Origin: Camelus ferus
Taxonomy: Eukaryota
Reading direction: 5' to 3'
NCBI RefSeq assembly: GCF_009834535.1
Contig: NC_045696.1
Location: 71,364,001-71,428,000, forward strand
DNA: 64,000 bases
Part shown: positions 1-12,420 of the stretch, in pieces
Layout: each line of letters opens with the position of its first letter
How positions within the stretch are numbered: the stretch's first letter is position 1
Translations under genes and position numbers: made by a program
Notes under the pieces: model-generated
Database searches by the model: none
What the model saw: the letters and a program-made list of their open reading frames with translations, nothing else
Told to the model about the DNA's origin: nothing

Positions 1-1043
1 TTAGAATAATTCAACTCTAAATTGAGAGAAGAGAGAAATCCCTAAACTAACATTCTAATGTGTGTTTGGCTCTGAATTTTCTTCCTGTTCTTTGATTGAG
101 AGTTTCAGCTTTCCCAGTTTCTGACTTGGTTGGTAAGTGCCTGGAATCCACATGATTGATGGTAGCAAGGAAAATGAAGTGTTTATCAGCACGCGCGCTA
201 GGCAGTGGAAAATAATTGAGGCTCCAATATGGCGGAGTCATTGCTTTATTTAAAAATCACCTGGAGTATTGGTAGACTGTTATTTCGCAGGCCCTTCCCC
301 TATCCTGTAAGAAGGAGAGGGTGGGGAAGAGTGGAAGAACCTGTAGTTATAAACATGCACCGAAGTGAGTAGATCAGGGATTTGTGGAAAACTGGCTTAC
401 ATTGTACCTTAACTTCATAATCCACTGAAACATGCAGCCTCAGGCACTCATCTTAAACTCCCGAGGAGATGGAGAATGAAGAGGTGGGGTAGTGGTGGTG
501 GTACATTTTAGTGGTCCTGATTACCATTCTTTACTACAAATCCCAGTCGAAATTGCATGGGGAAGAAAAGTGAATATGGGTATAAGGAAAAAACACGTGT
601 TAAATACTAAAGCTATGTTAGGAAGGGAAAGGAAAACAACCTAATTAATGAGGTATCTTGGTAAAAATTGGAGACCATTTGAAAAAACTGAAATACATAT
701 GATATTGAAGATTGGCATCAAAATTTTTTAAAGTTTGTCATTTATATGTGAAGTTTGAAATGGATATTTTTGTGGTGGCATTTAAAAATACGCCATTGTA
801 GGTAAGCCTGAAAAATAATGTATACGTACTGTCTCTGGAAATAAGCATGAATTTCCTTATATACAACTTTATTAGGTCTGCTGTCATTTCTAGTGGTCCT
901 AAAACTAGTATGCAGAGAAATGAAGTCAGGGATATGGTTAAAAAGCAGAGGTCTAGGCTCAGTCTTTGTGATTTTGGTGAAATAGGCCTGAAGTGTGGCT
1001 GGGAATTTGCTTTTTTTTTTAAACATTTAAAAATTAAAAAAAA

Positions 1044-1131
1044 TTTTTGTTAATGGAGTTGCTGGGGATTGAACTCAGGACCTCATGCATACTGAGCATG
1101 CTCTCTACCACTAAGCTGTACCCCACCTCCC
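1044..1131 (-). mobile_element. tRNA-Ala-derived SINE (vic-1-like, camelid), short form
   Basis: Reverse complement GGTACAGCTTAGTGGTAGAGAGCATGCTCAGTATGCATGAGGTCCTGAGTTCAATCCCCAGCAACTCCA with A/B boxes and an A-rich tail. Confidence 0.85.
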
Positions 1132-2325
1132 TGCTTTTTTTCCTTTTAACCAGAACTACAGGTGGTGATGTTCTGCAAAATTTCCACCCACTATAGTAGG
1201 CCCAAGGCAGCCAGCCAGTCAAGAATGGTTTCTACGTTTTTAAAGGGTTGCAAAGTGAAATAGTATGTGACAAAGATTTAAGTTGTTCTTCACAAGGCTA
1301 CACTACTTATTGTCTGACCCTTTATAGAGGAAGAAAATCTCACTTAGGGTCTTTAAAGACCTTACCATTATCAAACTTGTGGCAACTCTTCTGAAAAATG
1401 GTTTAGGCTTGAAGGAAACCTACGCAATTTGTCAGTTGCATGGAACTATCTAAGAGAAGAAAGTAGATAATTGTAGCGCTTTCGTAGAGCTTAAATTTTT
1501 TTACATTGGGATGTCAGTCTTAATATATATTTAGGTGAAATGCTTGACAAATTAGTAAATCAGGTGTATTCAATTATTTCCTCTGTTTAATTCACCATCT
1601 GTTAACTTGAGATGGGTTTGAAGGACATAACTTTGGCATGCAAGAGTTTACATAGAATTCTCTCTTCCCTAAATACAACTATTTTCTTTAAAGTGGGATG
1701 AATCTATTGTGTATACACTTGAACACATCTCATCTCCATTTGTACACTAGGCCATTTGTACTCAATTTATTCACACAAATCTTTAGTAACATAGACATTA
1801 ATGCTGACTCGTACATGTATCTAAGTGGCATTCTTTATCCTCACACTGTTGAAAACAATTCACGAGACTGTTAACCTCACTCACCATTAAGGCAACAAAC
1901 ATATAGATATGACTTTTTCTATTTAATGGTTATGGGATGTTATTAAATAGAACCATAACAGTTGTGTGGTTAGTGGTAACTCAAGCATTCATGACATATT
2001 CCCACTTTGAGCATTTTGGACTGCTTTCACAAATCACTAGTTATTGGCAGGTGGATCAAAGCAGAGAGCAAAAAGTCTGTCTTCATGAGTCAGTATATAT
2101 CTCTAGTGACCTTCTCCCATCCCACCCCCCCATTCATTTTATTGTGTTGTTTCACTTTGTTTTCCAAACTTATTTCAGGTCTTTTATTTTTCCAACTTAC
2201 ATAACCATCTGAACAGTTAGAGCTTAAAAACCTAAACCTTTAAATATGATCTCAAACATTTGCAATTAAAGACATTTATCTTGCTTTCCCTGGTTGGTTT
2301 TGCATTTTAAGAAACATGAAAGTTC

Positions 2326-2818
2326 TGTTACCGGGAAAAGGGAAATAAGAATTACCTCAGTTCTTAGTCACCAGGAAAAAAAAGAATTTTTGACGAGAGA
2401 CAAAAAGCGTGATATAAGCAAAATTTTTATTAGTGAAGTAAAAATATAGTGAAAGTACACTCCCGAGAATTGGGAGCGGGCCAATCCAAGAGAGGAAAAA
2501 CGGCGCCTTTCCTTTATTTTTCCTGTTTTTATATCCTGGTTTCATGATTGATTGATTGACAACTCAGGTTCCCTGCACTCTGGCATGTCCATCCCCTTTT
2601 GGGCAGGTTCATTGGGTCAGGCTATACCAGGTACCCCTCCCATGTGCATCTGCAGCGCTTTGATTTTTAACTGGCTTCTTTTTCTGGCCCTCATTTAGAA
2701 AAAATAAAAATTTCTGGAGTCTTTTCCTGAATGCAGACACACTGCCATTTTCTGGGTTGTTCCTTTCCCCTTCCTCTCCCCCCTGCCCAGTGCTCATTTC
2801 TGTCTGAACTACCTAACA
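2326..2818 (-). mobile_element. Solo LTR (ERV1-like)
   Basis: About 490 bp bounded by inverted TGTTA...TAACA; minus-strand AATAAA near 2423; family and orientation inferred from recalled motifs. Confidence 0.65.
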
Positions 2819-2849
2819 TCTCCCCAAGGACAGAGAATGTACTTTGTCA

Positions 2850-3400
2850 TATAATGTGTGATGAAGTACTTATTACATCTAAAAGCATCCTTGTACCAAC
2901 AGAAAACCCAGCTCTTAACTGACCTAAGCAAATATGGAAATTTACTGTCTTAGGCTATTAAAAAGTTGAGAGGTGGGACTAGCTTCTTGTGAGGCCAGGT
3001 CTCGTGTTCCAGTTTGTCACCAGGACTCCATTTTCCATTACTTGGTTCTGCTTCCTAAATGTTGGCTTTATTCTCTCAGTATGCGATCTCCTCATTGTTG
3101 TAAGATGGCTGTCAGCATCTCTTGATTCTGTATACTTCTAGGTTCAAATCCAGCAGAAGAAATTCTCTTTCCCAATATTACAAATAAAACCTTGAAATTG
3201 AATTTCACTGAACTATTGGCCTGACTTGGGACACGTGTCCATCTTCGAACCCCTTGAAAGTTGCCAGGGGATGGATTGTGTAGGTTGGCTTAAGCCTGTC
3301 AGTAGTCGCTTGATGTGTCTCTCCAAACCAAATGGCTGGAAACTCCAGGGTGCTCTTAGGAGAGGGAGGAGGACGTGGATGCTGGGAATGAGCCAGAAAT
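2850..3400. mobile_element. Old MaLR LTR (MLT1J/K-like)
   Basis: AACAGAAAACCCAGCTCTTAACTGACCTAAGCAAA, AAGATGGCTG and GATTGTGTAGGTTGGCTTAAGCC motifs; boundaries approximate. Confidence 0.55.
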
Positions 3401-3559
3401 GCTCACTGTCAGTCCTAGTGAAACTTTTGTATTGGAACTCTTTGTTTTTTAACAAATTCTATTTTTTGAATCCTAGTTGGATTGGATTAACCTGTAGATA
3501 ACCATTGTAATTTAAGTAGAAATGTTGTTGGAAGATTGGGAGAATAGGTTTTAGCTCCT

Positions 3560-4625
3560 TACTATTCAAAGTAGTTCATGAACCAGCAGTTTAGGACAAG
3601 GGTTTGCCAAACTTATTTTGTAAAAGGCTAGATGGAGAATAGGGCTATATAGGTCTCTGTCAGATACTCTTTTAAACAACTCTTTAAAAATGCAAAAAGT
3701 ATCCTTAAGCTGGAGGGCCAAATTCAGTCTGCAGGCCAGAGTTTGTCAGTCTTTAATTTTAGAAATGGTTTAGAAATGCTGACTTTCAGACTTACCCACC
3801 CCAGACCTACTGAGTTAGAAGCTTAGTTTAACAAGATCCCCAGGTGAAATGTATATAGACAATGTGTTCCACCCACACCTGGGATAAATCTCAACCCTCC
3901 TGCACGTGAGTCACCTGGGGAGCTTGTAAACCGATGCTTTAGTCCTACCCATGGACATTCTAATTTAATTGGACTCATTGTGGAGCCATGGTATAGTTTG
4001 TTAAGAGCTCACCAGGCAATTCTAATGTGTAGTATAGGAAAGGAAAGGTTGTTTTCCGTTTACCAAGCTTAGGTTCATTGGCTGGAGGGGCCTTGTCAGT
4101 TAGACTAACAAAACACAGATCAGTAGGAGGAAAACAAACAAGTTTATGAACACACATGGGCGGACCCAGTGATGAGTAACCCAGAGGGATGTTTGAGAAC
4201 TTGGGCTTATATAGCAGTTTAACAAAAGAACAACAAAGTTTTAGAGAAATGACAAGACAAAGGAAGAGGACTTTAAGTTTCTAGAGCAGCAAATTGTGGG
4301 AAGGTCATGTATGAGGGAACTGATGGAAGATCAGCACTAGTTAGTAAAGTTTGTTATGTAGATTCCTCTGGTACTTTCTCTGGGCTCATAAGGGTCTAGC
4401 GTTGTCTCCTGATTAACTTCTGTTCTTCCTGGTAGAGAGGGGAGAGCAGGTACACCTTTGTAAGTGTATATCCTGCTTTTAGGCAGATGGAGCAGGGCAG
4501 AGAGATTTTCTTATATCTACTGCTTCTCAGTTGCCTTCAGCTCAAAATAATCCCTATGCCAAAGGGATGTTTCAGGCTGGCATATTCTGCTACTCTTCAG
4601 GAGCCAGCATTGAGAATTGCTGTTC
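3560..4625. mobile_element. Cluster of MER5-like hAT MITEs interrupted by a MER58-like element (about 3597-3750) and an LTR
   Basis: CCCCAGACCTACTGAGTTAGAA, TTTAACAAGATCCCCAGGTGA and CACCTGGGGAGCTTG motifs; the MER5A end is split around the LTR. Confidence 0.6.
4033..4599 (-). mobile_element. Solo ERV1 LTR (MER41/MER34-group-like) nested in MER5A
   Basis: Ends CTTCAGCTCAAAATAATCCCTATGCCAAA...GGCATATTCTGCTACTCTTCA, typical of this LTR group. Confidence 0.65.
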
Positions 4626-4669
4626 CAGACTAAGCTTTTGGAGTCATAACTCCCTTTGCCACAGCTAAT

Positions 4670-5140
4670 GTGGTAGATAAAAAAAACATGGCCACAATTT
4701 GCAGCTCCTCTCATCCAGAGCTGGAATCTGTTTCCCTATTCCTTGAAATGGAGTTGGCCTTGTGACTTGGTTTGACCAGTAGCATGTGCAGAAGTAGTGT
4801 GTACGGTTTCAGAGTCTGGGTGTCAAGAGGCCTTGCAGCCTTAGCCTTTTTTCTCTTGGAACACTCCCATGGCCACTGTAGAAGCCCCTGCTAGACTAGA
4901 TATTACTGAGAAGCTATCTGGCGAGAGGGCCAGCTGGCAACCAGTACTGAGGCTCTGGATATTGTTGTAAGACCATCATAGACTCTCCACTTCCAGTTGA
5001 GCAGCCAAGTGACTGGCTGCATGAGTGACCCGAGGTAAGACCTGCCCAGCTGAGGGCAGCTAACTTACAGAATCATGAGAAATAATAAATTATGGTTTTA
5101 GGGCAACTAAGTTTGGGGGCATTTGTTACATAGTAGTATG
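4670..5140 (+). mobile_element. MaLR LTR (MLT1F/G/H-like)
   Basis: Starts TGTGGTAGA; CCTTGTGACTTGGTTTGACCA; ends CAGAATCATGAGAAATAATAAA...CTAAGTTTGGGGGCATTTGTTACATAG. Confidence 0.7.
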
Positions 5141-5999
5141 TGAGACAACTGGGGAAGCTGCTGCCAGATCAGGATCTACTGACCCAAGTGAGTGCTGTGC
5201 TGCCTCCACCGTTATTTTCACTAGCAAAATTGATGCCTCGTGTCCCACCTTCTCACTAAGCTCAGTTCTGACTTCAGGTATTGTGCTGATATGTCTGATT
5301 AACAAGCCCTGATCACATCTAGAACCAAAAGGATACCCGGGAAATAGTTTTTAGCTTTCTAGTCCCTGCAGCATGTGAATGTACCCCAGGTAATCGGAAT
5401 AGATGTTCAGTGAGCCAAGACACAGTACTGAATTCTATCCAACAAGTTCTGCAATTCCTAATATATATGTATACTCTTAACATATATATTCTGCATCTGA
5501 ACTTAACTCTGGGGCCAATGTGTATAACATGTTCTTGGTGTCCTCAGCCCTACACTTCTGTTGAGATTCTCAGTGTAAGTATTATTCTGCTTCAAATATA
5601 TATTCCCAGCCTGGTTTATTTGTATTCCTTTTTCAAGCATTGAGCTTCGGAATTTTAAATGAGTTGATGAGCTATAGAAGAAATAGTCTTTCATTAGAAT
5701 CTATTGAGTACATATCCTGTAGTGTTAAGCTGTTGGAAATATAAAGGAATCACTTCCTTCATATTTCTTGGTCTAAAAAGAAAAAAAAATGCCAGAAACC
5801 AACACTGGGTTAAAACTTGTAACTCTTTACAAGGAAACATTTAAAGGAAACATATTCCCATTACATTGTTACATCTTTGGTTTTGGGCTCCAAATGGTAT
5901 TAATTGTTATTTTATTTACTAGACCTAGCTGTAAATTCAGAATGTTTGATAAAAACCAAATCTAATTGCAAAGGATTAACATCTGCCACTTTAAAAGTG

Positions 6000-6460
6000 T
6001 TATCAGTTAGGAATGCCTTTGGCTGTAAATTAATTTATTGTTGGTTAAATAAATGAGAGGGTGTATTTATCGAGCATAAGATACTTGGAAGTAGGTAGCT
6101 ACTGTCTTTGCTTAGTGGTTCAAAAAATGTCAAGGTTAGTATCTGAGTACCTTGGCCTTTCTCTTGGCATTCAAGATGACTGCCCCAGCTCTCGGCATTA
6201 CTTCCTTTTTTAAGGCAAAAAGAAGGTGGGAAGGGTGTGGAATTAGTGATACCTCCACTTTTATCAGATAAGCAAAAACTTTCCAAGAGGCTTCTAAAAT
6301 TTTTTCAAGTCTCATTTTGTCAGAACTCTGTGCTGTGGCTTCCCTGAGCCATAGGAGGGGCCAGAAAAGTTAAGATGTTTATCTTTCCTAGCCTCTGCAG
6401 GAAAAGCAGGCAACAGAAATAGATTTGGGATTAGCTCTTCAACAGTATTTGCTAACAGAT
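6000..6460. mobile_element. Old MaLR LTR (MLT1J-like)
   Basis: TATCAGTTAGGAATGCCTTTGGCTGTAA start and CAAGATGACTGCCCCAGCTC motif. Confidence 0.55.
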
Positions 6461-6899
6461 ATTCAAAAGACTGGTAACAAGCTCTGAAGGGAGTTCAGAG
6501 CTATTTAGTTTGAATAAGTGCTTTGCTTTCCAAAATAGATTTCATTGAAAAGGGTAGCATTTATTTGGAGGTATAAATTGTGGATTATTCAAAATTTCAA
6601 GGAAAATTACTTTATCACCATCATCCGTCCTCCCCGTGTGATGTCTGAGAAGTTGAACCCTGACATGGACTCAGAGTGTTGACTGAAAGAGCATTCTAGG
6701 CAAGTAATAGCAGTATTAATAGCTATACCATTTTTCTGAATTTCGATTGTTTTCAAATGCCTTCTAGATATCACCTGGGTGTTATACCAATGCTAAAGAT
6801 ACTTTATTGTAATATAAGTTACATATAGTAAAATGTCTAAGTATTAAGTGTACAGCCCATTAATTCTGACAAATATGTACACCTGTGCAGCTGTCGCTT

Positions 6900-7900
6900 A
6901 AAGTGGTGGGACTGGGCTAGAAAGGATGATGAGATCTGTCAGGCAGTGGTGGAGTATTCCTGGCCAGAAGGGATGAGCTAAGGAATTGTGTTGGAATTAA
7001 GGAGAGACTGTTGGCCCTCTAAGAGGGCATTTGAGGAAGTATTGAATGTTTGCAGAAAAGTGATATGGGGAAAAAAGAACATGCAACATGTTAAAACAAA
7101 ATGTTTGAAGTTAAGTCCATTGTTGGTGTAATCTAGGCATAAGGTAAGGGGTTAGACTAGGAATGAAAAAAATATTTGACAGAGTTGGTTGTTATAGATG
7201 GTAAGAATTAAGGAGAGAGAGAACTCCATGATGACATCTAGATTTTTAACCTTAGTGATTAAGAGAACTGTGGTCCCACAGAAAGAATAAGGAAGTCAGA
7301 AAATGGAGCTGTTTGTAGAGGAGGATGAGTTCCCTTTTGAATATATTGGTTTTAAAGTAATGGGGGCATATCCAAGAGGAAGTATTCAATGTATAGTTGA
7401 AAACAGAAGAAAATTAAGGCTGGGACTAAAGACGTATATTTGAATCATTTACTTGCTTAGAAGTCATTCAGGCCACAGAAATAAATTTTTTCTTTTATTT
7501 AAACAGTGTTTCAGGGGCTGGATTACAAAGATGAGAACACCTGTCTGATTTCTGCTTTCAAGGAACTTTATGAGTCTAGAAGGATAGTATAGAGTACAAT
7601 GAGAACAAACAGGCAGGGCCCTCTACATGGTCACCTGGGGGAAGTTACTATTTTGCAAAAGAAAAAAAATGCTTTACAAATTTATATGGGTTCATTTTGA
7701 ATGGAGAATGGGAACTACTGGAGTCTTTAAGCTTATCTATCAGGATATCAGGACAGGAGAGACAGGGAAGCCATCAGGAAAGTGAGTTTGAAAAGCAGAG
7801 AGTACAGTCTTACTGTACAGGCGCTGACAGGTGTGATTGGTAGTGTCAGATGTTTCGAGGAGGTCAAGCTATAAGGACCCTTTATAGAACATTTGGTGGG
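6900..7900. mobile_element. Degenerate L2 fragments
   Basis: Purine-rich L2-like motifs (GATGACATCTAGATTTTTAACCTTAGTGA, GAGGATGAGTTC, GAGGAGGTCAAG); boundaries approximate. Confidence 0.5.
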
Positions 7901-8378
7901 TGTCCCCCAAACTGGAAATAAGGGGCAAGATGGGGGAAAATCCACCAATTTGCAATGGTCAGAACTTATAAAAGGAAATCATTATTTGATTTAAATGTTT
8001 GTTCTGAAATTTGACCAAACTTCAAACAAGATAACAAAGCCATTCTGTGCTAATTCAAACCACAGTTTGTGGTTCTTCAGCGTTTTACAGGATTGCAAAC
8101 TGTGTTGAGGATGGCTGCAGATTATTTTGTTGATTGATACATAGTCACGACCCAAACAAGTTCCCTCTAAAGTTGCTGTGGTTTGTGTGTCTCCTTTTCC
8201 AGAAGGGCACACTTCTTTGTTTTGACTGAGTCCTATCTGAGAGTAGGAGTTTTGGCTTCTTCAGGGCTACAGCATGAGACTAACTGAAATGGTGATGATG
8301 TAGCTCAAGTGGGGAGTCTCATAGAGGTTGGTGTTTGCAAGATGCAGCTCTGTTCTAATCTCTTATTTTCCCCTGTAG

Positions 8379-8574
8379 GTTTAACTTTTTTATTCAGCAA
8401 AAATGTGGATTCAGAAAAGCACCCAGGAAAGTTGAACCTCGAAGATCAGATACAGGAACAAGTAGTGAATCGTACAAGAGAAGTGCTTTGATTCCTCCTG
8501 TAGAAGAAACAGTCTTTTATCCTTCTCCCTATCCTATAAGGACTCTTATAAAGCCTTTGTTTTTTACTGTTGGG
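8379..8574 (+). CDS. PARL: PARL exon 2 (presenilin-associated rhomboid-like protease; N-terminal region with beta-cleavage site)
   Basis: ctgtag|G ... GGG|gtaaga; 196 nt; translates FNFFIQQKCGFRKAPRKVEPRRSDTGTSSESYKRSALIPPVEETVFYPSPYPIRTLIKPLFFTVG, matching recalled mammalian PARL. Confidence 0.97.
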
Positions 8575-9043
8575 GTAAGAGCTCACATCACTAGAAGTTA
8601 CCTACCTTGCTGCAGGTGCAGTGTTAACATATTGTTTATTCTATTTGGGTTCCCTTAAAGTCAAGTCAGTGGAAGGAGAATCAAAATGATCTGGGGTCAT
8701 GATTGTAAGATAACATGAATTTATAATTGCTATTAGAGATGGTTCAGTTATGTAAGCCCTGGAGAAAAAACTCATGGGCCTCTTATTTGGTATAACATTG
8801 CAAGTGATACTAAGTTGGTATTCTGAATTTTATTGGAGAAGTTCTGTTAACAGGCCCCAGGGTACTGTGAAGTTAATAAAATGGGAAACAATTAAATGTT
8901 CTTTTCATTTAATAGGTTTCACTGTGCTAGATGTTCCTTCTGTTGGTTTGTAAAAAGCAGTGAAAATGAAATATTGTCCTTGGAACTATGTATAGATCTA
9001 TTTCTCTTTTAAATTTATTTTGTAATATGTTTGTTTTATGTAG

Positions 9044-9184
9044 TTTACAGGATGTGCATTTGGATCAGCTGCTATTTGGCAGTATGAATCACTGAAATCC
9101 AGGGTCCAGAGTTATTTTGATGGTATAAAAGCTGATTGGTTGGATAGCATAAGACCACAAAAGGAAGGAGACTTCAGAAAGGAG
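9044..9184 (+). CDS. PARL: PARL exon 3
   Basis: atgtag|TTT ... GAG|gtaaag; 141 nt; FTGCAFGSAAIWQYESLKSRVQSYFDGIKADWLDSIRPQKEGDFRKE. Confidence 0.97.
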
Positions 9185-9717
9185 GTAAAGATAAACATGG
9201 CTTTTTTTTTTGCTCTAGTTGATTAGTTTTTGAAGTCTGGTTATTTATGAAGTGTTTTCAGTTAATGGCATCATTACCAGAAGGTGTGAAGTCATTGCAC
9301 TTAGTATACTTCTTTAGAATTATTTCATTGCAGTGTATTAAATTTTTATATTGTCTGGCAGTGCTGTTCTCTACAGTGTTCAAAGAAGTTTGTCCTTTTA
9401 CCCACATGTGTCAAGAATCACTACAGATAGTTGTCAAAATTAATGTGTTAGAGCCTCTTCCAGCCCTAGTTAGGGCCAGTATTTTACTTGCATCATCTGG
9501 ATGGAATTAGTTTAGAGTACATATTAGAATCACAGGGAGTGTTTCAAGATACTTAAGCCCAAGGGGTAGAGATACTGTGTGGATTGTATAAAGCTTCTCA
9601 GTGACATGTTTACATACCTTTGGTAAATACTCTCTGTTGAGTGTTTTAACTGTGCTCAGGGGATGCAGATGCAAGAAAGAGTACAAATATAAAGCTTTTC
9701 ATTACTTTTTAGAAAAA

Positions 9718-9837
9718 TATTTATTATTGTATTTATTTTTATTTTGGCAGGGCAGGGGGAGGTAATTAGGTTTATCTATTTTTAGAGAAGGTACTAGGGA
9801 TTGAACCCAGGACCTCTATCACTTGAGTGTACCCTTC
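9718..9837 (-). mobile_element. tRNA-Ala-derived SINE, long form with an internal deletion
   Basis: GGGGGAGGTAATTAGGTTTA tail plus GGTACTAGGGATTGAACCCAGGACCTC; anticodon-arm region missing. Confidence 0.75.
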
Positions 9838-9891
9838 GCACTTTTTATTACTTCATATGGCCTTCTGATTTTCTTACAATACTGCCTTTTA

Positions 9892-10103
9892 TTTTAATTT
9901 ATTATTATTTAAATGTAGTTAGTTTACAGTGTCCTGTCAATTTCTGGTGTACAGCATAATGTGTCACTCATACACATACATACATATATTTGTTTTCATA
10001 TTCTTTTTCACTATAGGTTACTACAAGATATTGAATATATTTCCCTACACTATACATAAGAAATTTGTATATCTATTTTAAATATAGTAGTTAGTATCTG
10101 CAA
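9892..10103 (-). mobile_element. 5'-truncated, relatively young L1 3' end
   Basis: TTTCTGGTGTACAGCATAATG...TATAGGTTACTACAAGATATTGAATATA; 16-bp TSD ACAATA(C/T)TGCCTTTTA at 9876-9891 and 10104-10119. Confidence 0.85.
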
Positions 10104-10831
10104 ACAATATTGCCTTTTAGATAAAACATATTTTATTTCATTTGGCAATACTTAGCACTGAGGCCATAGGCTAATTTGGGATCCAGGTCCATTTGTTTTT
10201 CAAAGCACCTCCATGTTTTTTTTCTTTATGACACACTGTCTCTCCAATTTGGAGAGTTGATATCCTTTTTATTTTTCTCCTTCCTAGGAACTTAATCCTG
10301 GCCAGTGAGAGCTTGAGAGGGCAGCTTTGGGTTTTCTTTTTCCTAATGTTGGTTGAAGGTTCCTCTAAGTAGGGAGAAGGATTCATTCCTCCTTGTTTCC
10401 CCATAGACACAAGAAAATGAGCTCTACCTGTTCTAGAGAGGCTTTATGTCAGAAGAACAATGGCTGCGATATTTGCAGGTAAAAACTGCAATAATTAGCG
10501 GTAATTTTTATCCAGTACAATCTGTTTGAGAAGATAGTAATACTGACTTATTCCATAAGCCTGAATCCCTTAGAAAGCTGCAGGTTTCCAGCATACCTGC
10601 ACTGTGATACCCAAATTGTTCCTTGGAATGGTGAAAATGACACAAGCAGTATACATAACCTTCATCCAATAATGGATTTGTTTAAAACAGTTAAATGATA
10701 GGTTATAAAATATAAAATCCATGTTAATTTAAAGAAAACTGAAATAACACAAATATAACATGGGAAGTGAAAGTTCTGGGAACCCTTGCCACACTACTAC
10801 ACGTGAAGTGAGTAAGGTCTGAGAGTTCATA

Positions 10832-11034
10832 CACTGATCCTTGAACAACGCAGGGGTTTGGGCACTGACCCTCTGTGCAGTGGCAAACATGTATATAACT
10901 TTACAGCTGTCCCTCCACATCTGTGGATTCCACCAACTGCAGATGGTGCAGTATACTGTGATACCTATTTATTGGAAAAATATCTGTGTATAAGTGGACT
11001 GGTACAGTTCAAACCCCTGTTCAAGGGTCAACTG
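10832..11034. mobile_element. Tigger2-derived MITE (MER8-like)
   Basis: Terminal inverted repeats CA-CTGATCCTTGAACA ... TGTTCAAGGGTCAACTG. Confidence 0.75.
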
Positions 11035-11865
11035 AATTACAAGAATGAAATCATTCATTGTATATGGATCAATATACATATGGATCTGTAACTTTTTTTT
11101 AAATCTTAGATTTCTTTCTATATTAGTATACAAAGTCTGGTTCAGTTTCATAGTTAAAACATAGCTTTTTTAATTAAAAGAACTTTAGTCATAGAAAATT
11201 TCTAAAGTAAAGTAAAAAGAGTAAAGAGAATAGTATAGTGAACCCCTGTAGTCCAAAATCAACGATTATCGATACATAGCCAACTTTATTTCATCTAGTC
11301 CCCTTTCCTTTCCCTCCCCACCACTGATCACTATAAAGCAAATTCTAGGCATATTTCATGTATAAAAATTTCAGTGTGTGTCCCTGAAATATTGAACTTT
11401 TCTCTTTTTGTAAACCTCAGTACTGTTACTACACCTTCAAAAAAAAAAAAGCAATTTTAGTGGAGAATATTCTCGGTTGGAATTTTAAAACTAGATTGGG
11501 CCTTGGTAAAGAATCACTTCCTTGATACCTATCTATATCTGATAGTGTGCTAGGAGCATTACTTTATTGATATTCCACAGTGGTACTGCTAGGTATCTGT
11601 TACTATCTCCATTTTACATAACAGGAAACTGAAGTTTAGAAGTAATTGGTCTGAGGTCACAGAGCTGATCAGTGGCTCTGGGTAGAGAATGCGGGCTGTC
11701 TGGCTGTAAAACGCGTGCGCTTTCCATTCTACCACCTATTTGTTGCGTCTGTTGTTCAGTAGATTTTTAAAAATGAAGACTCATTTATGCACAAAGCTTT
11801 TCTTTGTGGTTTCTCATTTACCTAGCCTGAAAGTATACTCATGTGCAGTTTTCTTTCTGTTTTAG

Positions 11866-11914
11866 ATTAACAAGTGGTGGAATAACCTAAGTGATGGCCA
11901 GCGGACTGTGACAG
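11866..11914 (+). CDS. PARL: PARL exon 4
   Basis: ttttag|ATT ... ACAG|gtttgt; 49 nt; INKWWNNLSDGQRTVT. Confidence 0.96.
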
Positions 11915-12199
11915 GTTTGTGTTAGCTTACACGTTTTAGCCATTCAAGGGAAGAGAAATCAAACCAAAAGGTACAGTATGTCACAGTCAATGGCTTTTGT
12001 ACCATGCTCATCAGTGGTTTAGAAGAAGTTTCTGTACCTTCAGGCTAATGCGTTAGTTTGAAAGCAGCGTGGCATAAAGGTGTACATGAGGCTCTGAGTC
12101 AGCTGTTTTCTAATTTTGATCTAGATGCTGTAAAATGCTAGCTTGTGAAATAGGTTATGAGTGAGTACTATTTTCCCATTAAAGTAACTAAAGGAGGCA

Positions 12200-12420
12200 T
12201 TGATTAAGTACCTTCTTTATGCAGCATGCTTTATACGTATTCTCTTCCTATGTCACAGGGTTGTGTATAGGGTAGATATCTCCCTTTTTGCAGATAAGGA
12301 AACCGACTTTCAGAGAAGGAACTTTTTGAGGCTCACACTGCTAGTAAGAGAGCTGACTTTGAGAACCCAGATCTGTCTCATCCTAAAGCCTATTTTCTCT
12401 TTTGTACACCATGCTGTTTA
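12200..12420. mobile_element. MIR
   Basis: MIR core: CCCTTTTTGCAGATAAGGAAAC...GGCTCACACTGCTAGTAAG...GAACCCAGATCTGTC. Confidence 0.6.

Noticed and set aside
1..8378. PARL exon 1 and promoter
   Set aside because: No CpG island or MAWRGW-like coding sequence was seen; it must lie upstream of the window
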